From Mobula hypostoma (lineage: Eukaryota), in contig NC_086107.1 of the NCBI RefSeq assembly GCF_963921235.1, forward strand, positions 97,094,001 to 97,158,000: 64,000 nt of DNA. The letters run 5' to 3'. Position 1 is the stretch's first letter. Every line of letters begins with the position of its first letter. The position numbers were made by a program, and so were the translations under genes. Shown here one piece after another: positions 23,073 to 35,954 of this stretch. The notes beneath the pieces are model-generated. The model was not told where the DNA came from and searched no databases. It saw only the letters and a program-made list of their open reading frames with translations.

Positions 23073-24489
23073 TGTCAACAAGGTTTACCCTTTAGTTACA
23101 ATAATCAGTTGGGCACAGAGAGAATCTGTATTTACTTACAAGTATCTTTATATTCTCAACTAACAAGCACATGCATTCATAAACTAAGTATTTGTTTGCA
23201 CACCTGCTCAGTTTCCCGGATTTGCCTGAATAGTCAAAGAATAGAAAAGATAAAGGAGTTTACACTGCCCGTGCATTCCTTGTAGTCCCAGTCTAATCTC
23301 CATGTGCCTGGTGTCAGGTTGCTCACAGCCATATCTGTGATGGTTATTCTCCAGAGCTGTCACTGCCTCGCATTCAAACCACACATTTTACACACCTTCC
23401 TTATCAAATGTTGCATTTTAATCTTGTTGGCTCAAGGTTATCTGACTGATCTGTGTCACCTTCTTATTGGCTCTGTCCAAGCCAGCATCCATTTATTTCA
23501 CTCTTCCACAATTGACTACAGGTAACTTATGGCTCTTCATTCTAAATTAGTTACCAAACTAGTAACCAGCTCGAATCACTCAGGGCAGACACAGACCTCA
23601 CCATTCACAAACCTGCATGTTGTATCATACCAAAGAACACCTGACAAATAACTTCTTATTTGGAAATGATCCAGCAGATTACCTGGAGTATCATTTTGTC
23701 TACTTGTAACCCTCAGGCTTGCCCAGCTCACGTTCGTCTAGGGGAATCAGCCTTCAGCCCCGCCAAACTGGGTAATCACGTTTGTGTGGATGCTGTGTAA
23801 TGTACCCCCAGTTACAAACCCACAACGCAAAATATCAGACAGTACACCATATGCAATTAAATGATAGACTTTATGAATCTTAATCTGAATATAGGGTTAG
23901 TAATGAAAATAAACAAAACAAAAATAGGGCCCAAGTCAAAGTCAAAGTCCCAGTTCGAGCTCACTCAGTAGTCATTCTTCCACCATCGGTCTCCTCCGAA
24001 TCTTGCCGACCTTCGGACCCTCAGATCCCAGTCCACTCCGTCCGGTGGTCTACCAGCTCTCTCCACACGCGTCTTCCCTCTTCATCTCTCCTCGACAAAA
24101 GACCACGAAAACCCAGCTCCCAGACACACAAGAAAGAACATTTCCTCATTGGCTAACCCCTGCATACCAAACCCTGTTATCTCCTAGCCATAACCCGAAT
24201 ATTGCTGCTACAGAGAACCCGTTACATCAGCAGAGAACATTACAGAGAAACCATTACATTAGTATTAGCAGTGAAACATTACAAAGAAGCTATTACATAC
24301 TTTAAAACACTAATTCAGCAGAGCAAAACCAGTTCACAAAATGGAATGATGCAGAGCAGCTTCACAAAATGGCAGCCTCCATTCCTTCGACCTCATGGGA
24401 AGAACAAGGACAATTGGTGTGCCAGCTTCCACTGTCCTTGATTCATTTGAATTCACTGATGCATAGACTGTGGTTCTTTCTGGCCAACA
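23073..24489. mobile_element. LTR-like insertion (TG...CA; ~820 bp excluding the nested solo LTR)
   Basis: Host LINE rejoins across it; termini TGTCAAC...GCCAACA; flanks CATC/CATT (4-bp TSD, 1 mismatch). Confidence 0.6.
23705..24297 (-). mobile_element. Solo LTR, 593 bp, nested
   Basis: TGTAAC...ATTACA with perfect TSD TACT (23701-23704, 24298-24301); shares motifs with 3436-4086 (TCTAGGGGAA, CAGACAGyACAC, CAGAGAAACCATT). Confidence 0.85.
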
Positions 24490-26079
24490 CATTTTTGTGG
24501 TCAGATGTTCCAGGGTTAAGTGAAGAGCCAATGAGATGGCATCTGCTGAGGACCTGTTGTGCCAGTAGGCAGATTGGAGCAGATCCCAGTTGATTCTCAG
24601 GTTGGAGTTGATATGTTTCATCACCAGCCTCTCAAAACACTTCACTGTGTGGATGTATAGTCATAGAGGCAGGTTACCACGTTCTACTGGACAATAGTTA
24701 TAGAGACAGGTTACCATGTTCTACTTAGGCACAGGTATAAGCAAAGTCTGCTAGAAGCAGGTGGGTACCTCAGACCGCTGGAGAGATTAAAGATCTAAGT
24801 AAACACTCCAGTCAGTTGATCTGCACAGATCTTTAGTACTTGGCCAGGTACCCCAGCTGGGCTGGTTCATCCTCCTGTGAATGCTCGTACATCAGCCTCA
24901 GAGACTGAAATCACAGGATTATCAGGGGCTGTGGGAGTTTGTGACGGTTTGTCCATGTTTTCATGGTCAAAACAAACATAGAAGCTCATTCGGAAATGAG
25001 TCCCTGTTGTTGCCTGTTTCAACCTTATAAGAGGTGATAGCTTTCAAGCCCTGCCACAACTGTTGAGCATCCTTTGTTGATTCAAGTTTAGTCTGGAATT
25101 ACCACTTCACCTGTGAGATGTCTTTCTGAAGATCATACCTCCACCTCTCGGTCACCAGACTTGAATACCTCTGCTATGAGGTGTTTAAGGATAAAATTAC
25201 CTTAATACATTAGTTAGAGGGAGTCAATTTCCTCTGGTAGGACCGCCCAGAAGAAGGGGAATAACTTTATCATTGGAACAAGACTGTTAGGGGAAGATGT
25301 CAGTATTTCACCAAGAAAAGGTTAGTGGATAGCTGAAATTCTCTCCTGTAAAAACCTGTTGAGAATTGAGGTTAAGTGAAACTTTAAAAATGGGAATCAC
25401 TAGATTTAGTGAGGCAAGGGTTACAACACCAAGGCAATAAAAAGGAGCGATGTGCCTGAGGCTCAGGAGGGCGAAATGATCTCCTCCTGTTGCGTGGGTG
25501 CTGGCTTTTAAATGTCAAAGTCAAATCTACACAGCCATCTTTCTCCATTAGCAACTGTGTAACTGCACTCTGTAAATATGTCAGTGGATGATGGAGTCGG
25601 TACCAACAAGCAGATTATTTTGCCTGCAGTGTGGCAAGCTTACTGTGAGATACTGTGTCACCAAAATATTGCACAAGAAAGCCTGAAGACCCTGTGCGAC
25701 ATAGTGTGTACTCTCCTTCCAAATGACCATGCCTGTCATTTTTATTAACCCCTCAAAAACAAGGGGAATTGTGGGAAATTTGTTGCCTCACCTCAGATCT
25801 TCACATTCAAGCTGGAAATTTTCTATGTCTGTGACTTAGAGATTACAATAACTGCAATATTTATTACACAAGAAATTATATAGGATCTAATAATTTCTAG
25901 ATAGAACTTATTTCTATTCATTATCATTTTATAAAATTCAGAAAGGTACTCACAATTTTTTTCGACGCTATATTTAACTTCAGCAAATCGAAATTTTTGT
26001 TGTTCTCTATATATGAGTGTGTCAGTTCAATAAAACATAGCTCAAAAGCTTTCTCGTTCCCCAAATGCTAATAGATTGA

Positions 26080-29000
26080 TCAGAATGCGAATCAGGTTTA
26101 ATATCACTAGCGTATATCGTGAAATTTGTTCCTTTGCAGCAGCAGTACATTGTGATACTTAATCATTTTAAAAACTATGAATTACAAAAAGGAATATATG
26201 TAAACAATTAATTAAGTTGTGCAAAAAGTGAGCAAAAACAGAAAGGTAATATTCATGAGTTAATTGTCCATTCAGAAATGTGATGGTGGAGGGGAAGAAG
26301 CTATTCCTGAAATATTGAGTGAGTGTCTTCAGGCTGGTGTATCTCCTCCCTGACGGTAGGAATGAGAAGAGGGCATGTCCTGGGTGATGGGGGTCCTTAA
26401 TGACGGATGCCACCTTCTTGAGGCTTTGCCTTTTGAAGATATCCTTAATGCCGGGGAGGCTAGTGCCCACGATGGAGCCGGCCAAGTTTACACCTTTCTG
26501 CAGCTTTTTCCGATCCTTTGCAATGGCCCCTCCATACCAGATGGTGATGAACCCAGTTCGAATGCTCTCTATGGTACATCTGTAGAAATTTGTGAGAGTC
26601 TTTGGTGACATACCAATTCTCCTCAAACTCCTAATGAAATATAGCCACTGTCTTGACTTTGTATCAATAGGCATCAATAGCATCAATAGGCTGGACTCAG
26701 GATAGATCCTTAGAGATGCTGACACCCAGGAACTTGAAACTGCTCACCTTTTCCATTTCTGATCCCTCGATGAAGACTAGTGTTTGTTCCCTGACTTCCT
26801 TTTCTGTCATGGTCCGGTCGTGAAGTCCGCATTCCGGTTCATGGTCTGGTCTGTGGACTCAGGACTCCGGGTCTTCCAGCTGTCCCTCGTTTCAGTTGGG
26901 TTAATCATAGGCACCTGATTCCCATCTTGGGGCTTGGAATATAAGTAGCCTTGGGGTTGAGTGTGGGCTGCTGGTTTGTCTTGTCAAGATTTTATGGGAG
27001 CAACCTGCCAGTGGAAGGCTAGAGCAGCCACTTGCCATTTTTAGGCCGCATTGGGGAACCATCTCCTCATGGAGCCTTGTTGTTGGTAGTCGGAGTTGTC
27101 TTTGCAGTATGGATTCGGCTGTTTCCCAGGCCAGCTGAGTGGCTGTCAGCCACTCCAAGCTAGGTAGGGATCCGGCTTTTTCCGAAGCCAGCCGAGGTTG
27201 CTGGCTGTAACCGCGACTTAAAGCAACCCTGATGCAGAGATAGAACTGTCTGTTGTTCTTCGGTGTTTGTCTTGTCTTGTCCTCGCCTCTGTGGGGTAAG
27301 TCGGGCTGTTCTGTCATTGCCCTGCGGAGGCACCTGTCTTGTCTTGTCTTTGCCTCTGTTGGGTAAGTCCGGCCGTTCTGCTGTTACCCAACGGATGGAC
27401 CTGTCCCACCTTGGTGTGGAGATAAAGTTGAGTCCTGGCTTGTCTAAGGGTAAGTCCTGGCTCTATGTCTATGTACTGTCCAGTCTCATGTTAGTGTCAT
27501 GTTAAAGATGAGTCCCAGCTTTTCGAAGGATAATTCTCGGCTCTATGTTGATGTGCTGTTCCCAGTCTGTCTCTGAGCTCCAGCCTCCGAGTTATCAGCT
27601 TCCACATTTCAAGACCCCAGCCTGCAGCCCCCAGACCCGGGACCCCAGCCACATCCTGTCCTGTAGCCATGTCATATCCTTGCCTAGTTCTGGGGTCCGA
27701 GCCTGAGGCAAGACCCAGGTTCTGGGTCCTTGTCCAGTCTCTGGCTCGGAGTCCAAGCCCAGGCTCCCAGTTCATAGTTCCCTGTCTGGATTACCTGTTT
27801 CTAGTCCATATCCTAGCCCAAGTCTGCGTTCTTGTCCCTGCTCCTTGTCTGTATCCTGTCACGTCCCTACTCTAGTCAAGTCCTGTCCCTAGTACTTCAG
27901 TATCTGTGTCTTGCATTTGGGTCCGTTCCCAACACCCCCCACTGTGACACTCTCCTGAAGTCCGCAATCAATTCCTTGCTTACTGTCGCCGCGTGCAAGG
28001 TTGTTGTTTCAACACCACTCAACCAGCTGATTCATCTTGCCACTGTACACTTTCTCATCACCATCTAAAATTCCGCCTGCAATAACCTTGTCATCAGCAA
28101 ATTCATAGATGGAGTTTGAGCTGTGCCTAGGCGCACAGTCGTAGGTGTAGAGAGGGTAGAGCAGTGGGCTAAGCATGTGTCCTTGAGGTGCGCCAGTGCT
28201 GATTGCCAGCGAGGAGGAGATGCTACTTCTGATCCATACTCACTGTGGTCTCCCACCGAGTAAGTCAAATATCCAGTTGCAGAGGCCCGGGATTTGGAGC
28301 CAGTTGATTAGTACTGTGAGTATAATTGTATTGAACACTGATCTGTAATAAAAAAGCAGCAGCCTGAGGTAAGTTTTGCTATTGTCCAGGTGACCCAAGG
28401 CCAAGAGTGAGCGGAGATTACATTTGCTGTAGACCTATGTGGCAATAGGAAAATTGCAGTGAGTCTAAGTTCTTTCTTAGGCAGGAGTTGATTCTAGCCA
28501 TGACTAATCTCTCAACTTATTTCATCACTGTAGATGTGAGTGCCACTGGGTGATAGTCATTGAGGCAGCTCACTCTGCTCCTCTTGGCCACAGTATAATT
28601 ATCACCCTTTTGAAGCAGTTGGGAACCTCTGACAGCAGCAGTAAGAGACTGAAGATGTGCTTGAACACTCCTGTCAGTTGGTTGGCACCGGTTTTCAGAG
28701 CCCTGCCAGGTACACCAAGAGGGCCTGATGCCTTGCGAGGCGTCACGCTCTTGAAAGATGTTCTGACGTCGGCCTTTGAGATAGAGATCACAGGGTGACC
28801 AGATGCTGCAGGGATTTACACAGCTGTAGTTTCATACTCCCTTTCATAGTGTCTGTAGAAGACATTGAACTCATCTGGGAGTGAAGCATCAGAGACAATT
28901 ATGTTGTTAGGTCTTGCCTGCAAACCCTGCTAGAGCTGACGTGCGTCTGATTCCATCTCTAGCTTCAATTGGAATTGTTTTATCACCCTTAAAATAGCCT

Positions 29001-29590
29001 TTCATAGGTCATACCTGGACTTCTTGTGTAGTTCTGTATCAACAGTTTTTTTGTAATTCAAACTTTTGTTATTATTTATTCTTATTTAGTATTAACAGTC
29101 TTGAATGCCACAGGTCTCACCCTCAGCAGACTATGAGTCTCCTGGTTCATCCACGGCATTTGGTTTGGGTATGTTCTCGAAGGAATACACTCACCCACAC
29201 AGGTCTTGATGAAGTTGGAGACAACTGTGGTGTATTAGTTCAGATTCAAAGATGAGTCCCTGAATATTGTCCAGTCCATTACCTCAAAGCAGTCCAGTAA
29301 GCACTCTTCTACCTCCCTGGACCGTACCTTCTTGGTCCTCAACACTGGTATTGCAGTCTTTAATGTCTGCCCAGAATGGACTGGGCATGAGAAGGCACGC
29401 TAAGAGTTCATGATGATGACATAACAGTGGTCAAGTGTGTTGGCTCCTCTGGTTCCACGTGTGATATGTTGGTGATAGTTGTTCAGAGACTTCTTCAAGC
29501 TAGCCTGGTTGAAATCTGCCACAATGACAGGGAAGCTTTCAGAGTGTACTGTTCATGACTGCTGGTTACAGTGCTCAGCTTGACCACTAG
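26080..29590 (-). mobile_element. Rex1/Babar-type LINE, long degenerate copy
   Basis: ORF 26168..26725 (RQWLYFIRSLRR..NFYRCTIES..IKDPHHPGHALFSFLPSGRRY..FRNSFFP) and 28570..28791 (RKASGPLGVPGRALK..ANQLTGVF). Confidence 0.9.
26805..27949 (+). mobile_element. Solo LTR, Gypsy/chromovirus-like, ~1145 bp
   Basis: TGTCATGG...CTGTGACA termini; TATAAG at ~26940; internal ~65-bp direct repeat (27267-27390); TGCATTTGGGTCC near the 3' end; host LINE rejoins. TSD is degraded (TTTTC/CTCTC). Confidence 0.8.
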
Positions 29591-29716
29591 GTGTTCGACA
29601 TCCCTCTCCTTTCCATGAACTCCCAGTGGACCAAAACTCTCTCTATTTTTTTGTCACTGTAAAATTCCAGTGGATCAAACTTCTTCCATGGTATGTCCAC
29701 CCCACAGAAATGAGCT

Positions 29717-29998
29717 TAGAGTCGTAGATCATAGAACACTAGAGCACAGAAACAGCCCTTTGGCCCATCTAGTCCATTCTGAACTATTAACCTGCCTAGT
29801 CCCAATGACCTGCAACTGAACCATACCCCTCCCATCAATGTAGCTATCCACATTTCTCTAAAAATGTTGAAATTGAACCCGCATTCACCACTTCCGCTGG
29901 CAGCTCGTTCCATGCTCCCACCATGCTCTGAGTGAAGAATGTTCTCCTCATGCTCCCCTTAAATATTTCACCTTTCACACTTAGCCTCTAGTTCTAGT
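29717..29998 (-). mobile_element. CR1 3' end
   Basis: Antisense CR1 3' UTR (CATAGAACACTAGAGCACAGAAACAG) and FTQSMVGAWNELP motif. Confidence 0.75.
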
Positions 29999-30425
29999 AA
30001 CGTGATGAAACTTTATCACCTACCTTATAAAAGTTCAATGCATCAACCTCTGTCCACTCACCCCCAGTTCTGTAGAATTCCAAGAGTTGTCTGACTGTTA
30101 TTGGATAAAGAGTTGGAGGAGATATGCTGGAGAGGCCGCCTGATGTTTCTGGAAACAATGTGGATCATCACTATCAAAAAGCCAGACAAATGCTGGGAAA
30201 AGTCTCTTTAGAAGAGATGAAAGAGAAATTTAGAGACGAGAACATCTCACGCCTATTGCCCTGAAGTCCTGCTCCCTGATCATTTATTAAGTCTGCCTTG
30301 TGTGCTTGCCTTTAGCTTTAACTAAATAGAGGGAGTGCAAAGTATTTGTAAATGATAATAGTAAAAAAAGTTATTCATGCTAGAAATCTGAAATAACAAC
30401 AGAAATGCTGCAGCTTTGCCAGAAT

Positions 30426-30835
30426 AACCATATAACCATATAACAATTACAGCACAGAAACAGGCCATCTCGGCCCTTCTAGTCCATGCCAAACTCTTAC
30501 CCTATCCTAGTCCCACCGACCTGCACTCAGCTCATAACCCTCCATTCCTTTCTTGTCCATATATCTATCCAATTTAACTTTAAATGACAACATCGAACCT
30601 GCCTCAACCACTTCTGCTGGAAGCTCGTTCCACACAGCTACCACTCTCTGAGTAAAGAAGTTCCCCCTCATGTTACCCTTAAACTTTTGTCCTCTAATTC
30701 TCAACCCATGTCCTGTTGTTTGAATCTTCCCCACTCTCAATGGAAAAAGTCTAACCACGTCAACTCTATCAATCCCCCTCATAATTTTAAACACCTCTAT
30801 CAAGTCTCCCCTCAACCTTCTACGCTCCAAAGAAT
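30426..30835 (-). mobile_element. Young CR1 3' end
   Basis: Open ORF 30507..30830 ERRRLRGDLIEVFKIMRG...NFFTQRVVAVWNELP; (TAACCATA)2 tail. Confidence 0.9.
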
Positions 30836-31299
30836 TTTCTGTTTTTGTTTCTAAAAGATGTTGGAACAGGATGTAACTTTGACCATTACGTCAAAATCTG
30901 CTCATGGTGCTATATTAGGGAAGCAACAGGGGTGACTTGTACAAGTTACTGACTGCAAGGAAACTTTGTAAAAGTTTATCATTTTACATCATTTAGTGCA
31001 CGCCCACCTACAGTGAGCACAGGATAAAAAGCATAATTTCCTTTTGCGTCATTTGTATGTGTCAGGGTTTGAATCTCTGATGTACAGTATGTTGTTGGGT
31101 GGAACACACAAGATCTGAGGGGAGCTGACCCTGATCTAAGTAAGCAGAGCTGGCCACTGCCAAGGCTCCAAGGCACAGGCCTTGAACAGCAAAACTAAAA
31201 AGGGTCTGACACCCAAGCAAAAGCAAACAGTGAGCTCAGCATTTCTGTACTACCACAGTATTTATTAGTGTAATTTTTGGCTCTACACTCCCCTTCTGG

Positions 31300-31450
31300 A
31301 CATAATAATAATAACTGATTTATAGAGCACTTTTCGTACAGATGATATAGTTCAAAGTACTTTACAATGGGATAACATGCAAGTATGAACATTAAGTTAA
31401 AAATAAACATGAAAATAAATGACAAAAAGATCTTAGCTAAAAGCAATGTT
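31300..31450 (-). mobile_element. L2-type 3' tail
   Basis: Reverse complement TTGTAAAGTACTTTGAACT...AAAGTGCTCTATAAAT followed by (TAT)n, the typical L2/L2-SINE end. Confidence 0.55.
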
Positions 31451-31899
31451 AAATAAATAGGAGATAAACAAGGAAATAGACAACCCAGAGAGAGGGCGTG
31501 CTGAGGAAGAATGCAGCCACAGAATTATAGAAAGCTGACTTGTGAGAGAGGACTCTGGGCGGAGGGGAGAGCTGTCCTGGGGCAGCAGTGGAGTATGGGG
31601 GACAGGGATAGTCCCTGAGAGAGGAGTTCTGTGCTGAGGCCTGACGTGAAGAACAAAGCACTAGAACATCTGACGGGGAGGTGGTAGATAGAGCCGGGCT
31701 TGGTAGGGGAATTCTGGAAAGGATGGAATTTTGGGAGGGGGAAATGGTGTTGAAAGGATTTACAACAGGTTTATAGCCCATCGTGTCCAAGGTATATCTC
31801 ATCTTCCAATGCTCTGTCTGCAGCCAGCAGTCAATGGCACAACCAACTAGTCTTTGAGAGGAGGATCTCTGCTCCTACAGTCTTACTATCAGCAAATTA

Positions 31900-32722
31900 C
31901 AGACAATAGGTGCAGGAGTAGGCCATTCGGCCCTTCGAGCCAACACCGCCATTCACTGTGATCATGGTTGATCATCCACAATCAGTACCCTGTTCCTGCC
32001 TTCTCCCCATATCCCTTCACTCCGCTGTCTTTAAGAGCTCTATCTCTTTCTTTAAAGAATCCAGGGCATTGGCCCCCACTGCTTTCTGAGCCAGAGGATT
32101 CCACAGATCCACAACACTCTGTGTGAAAAAGTTTTTCCTCAACTCCGTTCTAAATGGTCTACCCCTTATTCTTAAACTGTGGCCTCGGGTTCTGGACTCC
32201 CCCAACATCAGGAACATGTTTCCTGCCTCTAGTGTGTCCAATCCCTTAGTAATCTTATATGTTTCAATCAGATCCCCTCTCATCCTTCTAAATTCCAGTG
32301 TATACAAGCCCAGTTGCTCCAATCTTTCAACATATGACAGTCCCACCATCCCAGGAATTAACCTCATGAACCTACACTGCACTCCCTACATAGCGAGAAT
32401 GTTCTTCCTCAAATTTGGAGACCAAAACTGCACACAATACTCCAGGTGGGGTCTTACCAGGGCCTTGTACAACTGTAGAAGGACCTCTTTGCTCCTATAC
32501 TCAACTCTCCTTGTTATGAAGGCCAACATGCCATTAGCTTTCCTCACTGCCTTCTGTACCTGTATGCTTACTTTCAGTGACTGATGAACAAGGACACCCA
32601 GATCGCGTTGTTCTTCCCCTTTTCCTAACTTGACACCATTCAGATAGTAATCTGCCTTCCTGTTCTTGCCACCAAAGTGGATAATCTCAGATTTATCCAC
32701 ATTAAACTGCATCTGCCATGCA
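31900..32722 (-). mobile_element. Young CR1 3' fragment
   Basis: ORFs 32386..32712 and 32017..32382 (QFNVDKSEIIHFGGKN, LVRPHLEYCVQFWSP, RRMRGDLIETYKI). Confidence 0.92.
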
Positions 32723-33228
32723 TCTATGTCAGTCTTGGCTTTTAAAATTTATTTTTCAGGATCACTGCCCATACCAGTATATACCGCCTGTCAAATTAAT
32801 GGCTCGTTTGGTCACCCACATTGGAAGTGTAGACACAACATAGAGGTCAAATCAGGGTAAAGATAGCTTCTTTGCCTGAATGTTATTGGTGAGCCAGAGG
32901 GGTTTGATGAAAATCTTATTGAATCATAAATAATCCGACAATACAGAAATGGACCCTCTTTACCCACATTGTCCATGATGTCTGTTCAGTACTAATCCTA
33001 ATTGTCCACATAACCTCTTGTGTCTCCTTTAAATTTCTTCCCTCTCAGCTTAAGCTGTGTCATTTAATTCAAGATTCCCCTGTACTGGGATAAATATTTT
33101 AACAATCTTATTTTTGACCCTCCTAACTTTATAAACCTCTGTAACTTTATCCCTGATCGGTATTCCATTCAAAGCAGCATCCTGGTGAATCACTACTGCA
33201 AGTAATATACTTTGGTAACATATTACCA

Positions 33229-33472
33229 ACTGGGCAAGGTTGTATGGAAGACCAGCAGTTGCCCATGCTGCAGGTCTCCCCTCTCCACGACACCGGTGTT
33301 GTCCAAGGGAAGGGCACTAGGGCCGATACAGCTTGGCACCGGTGTCATCGCAGAGCAATGTGTGGTTAAGTGCCTTGCTTAAGGTCACAACATGCTGCCT
33401 TGGCTGGGGCTCGAACTCGTGACCTTCAGGTTGCTAGTCGAATGCCTTAACCACTTGGCCACGTGCCCACAC
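33229..33472 (-). mobile_element. tRNA-derived CORE-like SINE, lacking its 3' tail
   Basis: Minus strand: A-box TGGCCAAGTGG, B-box GTTCGAGCC, CORE-like TGTGACCTTAAGCAAGGCACTTAACC; paralog of 52189-52506. Confidence 0.8.
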
Positions 33473-33628
33473 AAACAATATATATTAATTAAATAGAATG
33501 AAAGTTGAGGTTTCAGGTATTTATCACTCATCAGCATCACAAAGGTATACTGTTATTACATGAAGAAAATTACAACAGATTCATCAATGAGTACATTTCA
33601 TGTTCGGTATCAAATTGCGTTAGCTTTC

Positions 33629-34273
33629 TGTCACGATGTATGCTGGCAATGTCAGAACCCAAGTGAGGAGGAAAGACAGACTCCAATGTACAGACAGCAA
33701 CCAGATTTTACTCATGAGAATTCCAGTAGAACATCTGTGCCTCGTCCAAGGGACGCCGTGAAATGTAACATTCTCATAAGTAGGACCCCGCGATTACCGC
33801 TAATCAGGTGTCCACTTAAATAATGCAAGTAACATGGATCTCTTTACGAACTTGCTCCTCTAAATCCCTCGGGCTGTGGGTGGTCTGTAATATAGCCCCA
33901 TTAGGGTGGTCTTACCTTCCTTATTACTCAGTTCCACGCATAACGCCTGACTAGCTGTGTTCTCCAGTCTGTCCTGCCAGAGAACTGGTTGACATTTTCC
34001 CTGATTTGTCCTTCTGTAATCCCTCCCACTCTGTCACATCCAAAACAATGGAACTCCGGAACACTGAGCTGCTGGTCCTGCCCCTCCTGCTACCAAATGG
34101 CAACAGCATCATAATTCCAGGTGTTGATCTATGCCCTGAGCTTATCCGCCCTCCCTCCTTACTTATTGCATTGAAATAGACACAGCTCGGGACTAGTCAC
34201 ACCTTGCTGAACTCCAGTAAGATGAATCATTGCAACCTGGGATTAATCCAACAACTGTCAGTAGCTTGTGACA
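33629..34273 (-). mobile_element. Probable Gypsy solo LTR interrupted by a CR1 fragment
   Basis: TGTCACGA...TTGTGACA inverted termini; GAACCCAAGTG is antisense to the TTGGGT motif near the 3' end of the 26805 LTR. No TSD seen. Confidence 0.45.
33832..34210 (-). mobile_element. CR1 endonuclease-region fragment
   Basis: Minus strand LSCVYFNAIS..ADKLRA, homologous to 11885-12070. Confidence 0.7.
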
Positions 34274-34349
34274 ACAGGACAAATCACAAATTACAACACC
34301 ATTAGACTGTTTGCTGTGGTTTCATTGAGGGAATTATGGCTTTATTAGA

Positions 34350-34622
34350 CGCCACAATAGTGTAGTGGTTAGCATGACACTTCTACAGCAGGGGGCATCA
34401 GAGTTCAATCCCATTGTCTTCTGTAAGGAGTCTGTATGTCCTCCCTGTGGACTGCATGGGTTTCCTCTGGGTCCAAGGATGAACTCTGTAAGTTAATTGG
34501 TCACTGTAAACTGTTCTGTGATTATGTTAGGGTTAAATCGGGGTTGTGGTGGATTGCTGGGTGGTGTGGCTCCAAGGGCCAAGAGGGACTATTCCACACT
34601 GTATCCCTAAATAAATAAATAA
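34350..34622 (+). mobile_element. tRNA-derived V-SINE (HE1-like)
   Basis: A-box TAGTGTAGTGG, B-box GTTCAATCC, V-domain-like GGAGTCTGTATGTCCTCCCTGTG...GGGTTTCCTCTGGGT, CR1-like tail and (AAAT)n. Confidence 0.75.
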
Positions 34623-34629
34623 TCTCCCG

Positions 34630-35325
34630 GTGTGGCCTCCTGTATATCAGTGAGATCCGACATAGATGAGGGGAACACTGTTGAGCACCTTTGCTTTATC
34701 CACAACAAGCAGGATTTCGCTGCGGCCAACCATTTTAATTCCAATCCCCATTCCTATTTGACATGTTGGTCCATGGCCTCCTCTACTGTCATGATGAGGC
34801 CACACTCAAGTTGAAGGAGGAACACCACATATTCCATCTGGGTAGCTTTCAACCTGATGATATGAATATCGATTTCCTATTTTCCAGTAATTTTTTCCAT
34901 CCTCCCCCTTCTTTTTTTCCATTTCCCATTCTGGCTCCCTACTTACCTCGTATCTTCTCCTCACCTGCCTATCACCCCTGCCTGGTGTCCATCCTCCTTC
35001 CCTTTCTCCCATGGTCCCCTCTCCTCTCCTATCAGATCCCTTCTTCTTCAGCCTTTTTTCCACCTATCACTTCATTCCCACTCCACCACTCATCTACCTT
35101 CCCCCTCACCTGGCTCCACCTATCACTTTCCAGCTTGTACTCCATCGCCCCCTCCCCACCACCTTGTTCTGGCCTCCTCCCCCTTTGTTTTCAGTCCAGA
35201 TGAGGGTCTCAGTTCAAAATGCCAACATTTTATTCCTTTCCATAGATGCTGCCTGCCCTGCTGAGCTCCTCCATCATTTTGTACCTGTTACTCTGGATTT
35301 CCAGTATCTGCGGAATCTCTTGTAT
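34630..35325 (+). mobile_element. PLE fragment (GIY-YIG C-terminus and pLTR)
   Basis: HGLLYCHDEATLKLKEEHHIFHLGSFQPDDMNIDF is homologous to 50405..50668; pyrimidine-rich pLTR with a decayed hammerhead motif near 35195. Confidence 0.85.
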
Positions 35326-35954
35326 TTGTTGAGGGAAAGCAAATTGAACAGAGCACTTAAAGTTGTAACTGGCGTAAATACTGACGAGCTTTCGGACTCT
35401 TCAAGTGCAAAGGTCTTGAATTTACTGGCCAAATACCACCAGCGATTTCCTGGATGCACTTCACTGCTGGAGGCCACACAGAGATCAATAGTGGAACTGA
35501 TATGTCCCAGAGTGAATGTTGGCCAGTAAAAGGCCCAATCGGTTTGTTTCAGTGCTTTTGCATTAGTGATATTAATCAGTTTAACATTATTTTCAATACC
35601 TTTGATTAATAGATGATCAAATGAATGGAAATTATAGAACTACAGGGAAGTAAAGCACCACTAAAGCAAGTGATGGTTTGGTGAAGTATTTATGCTTGGT
35701 TAAATGTCATTTCAGTATCTCAAGAGGCTTGACTTTAAGTTCATCTTTTCTGGAGCCTTATCACTTTTAGATGTATTTTTTTTTAGCTGTTTGAGTTGTT
35801 TATAAGATCTTCAGAAATGAACTCATCAAGGGAACTCACGCCATGCGTGACAGCCATGTCCTGTTGCTCACAAAGTGGAACCCCAGAAACAGGCCATTGG
35901 CCAAGTTGCCTTCAGACCACTGAGTCTACAATGACGATCAGTCACCTGCTTTCA

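Larger units (their letters stand above)
21848..25170 (-). mobile_element. Rex1/Babar-type LINE, internally deleted, interrupted by LTR insertions
   Basis: Minus ORFs [13 protein letters not shown]...CNWILDFLT...[12 protein letters not shown] and KCFERLVMKHI...ADAISLALH; Rex-type 3' end at 21848. Confidence 0.85.

Noticed and set aside
25578..25748. 56-codon ORF in unique DNA
   Set aside because: No recognisable homology or convincing exon structure; within chance expectation.
30124..30264. 46-codon ORF in unique DNA
   Set aside because: In-frame stop just upstream, no recognisable motif and no supporting splice pattern.
33380..33472. tRNA gene (also 34350, 52189, 62130-62208)
   Set aside because: A/B boxes run into SINE bodies and no complete cloverleaf is evident; these are SINE heads.
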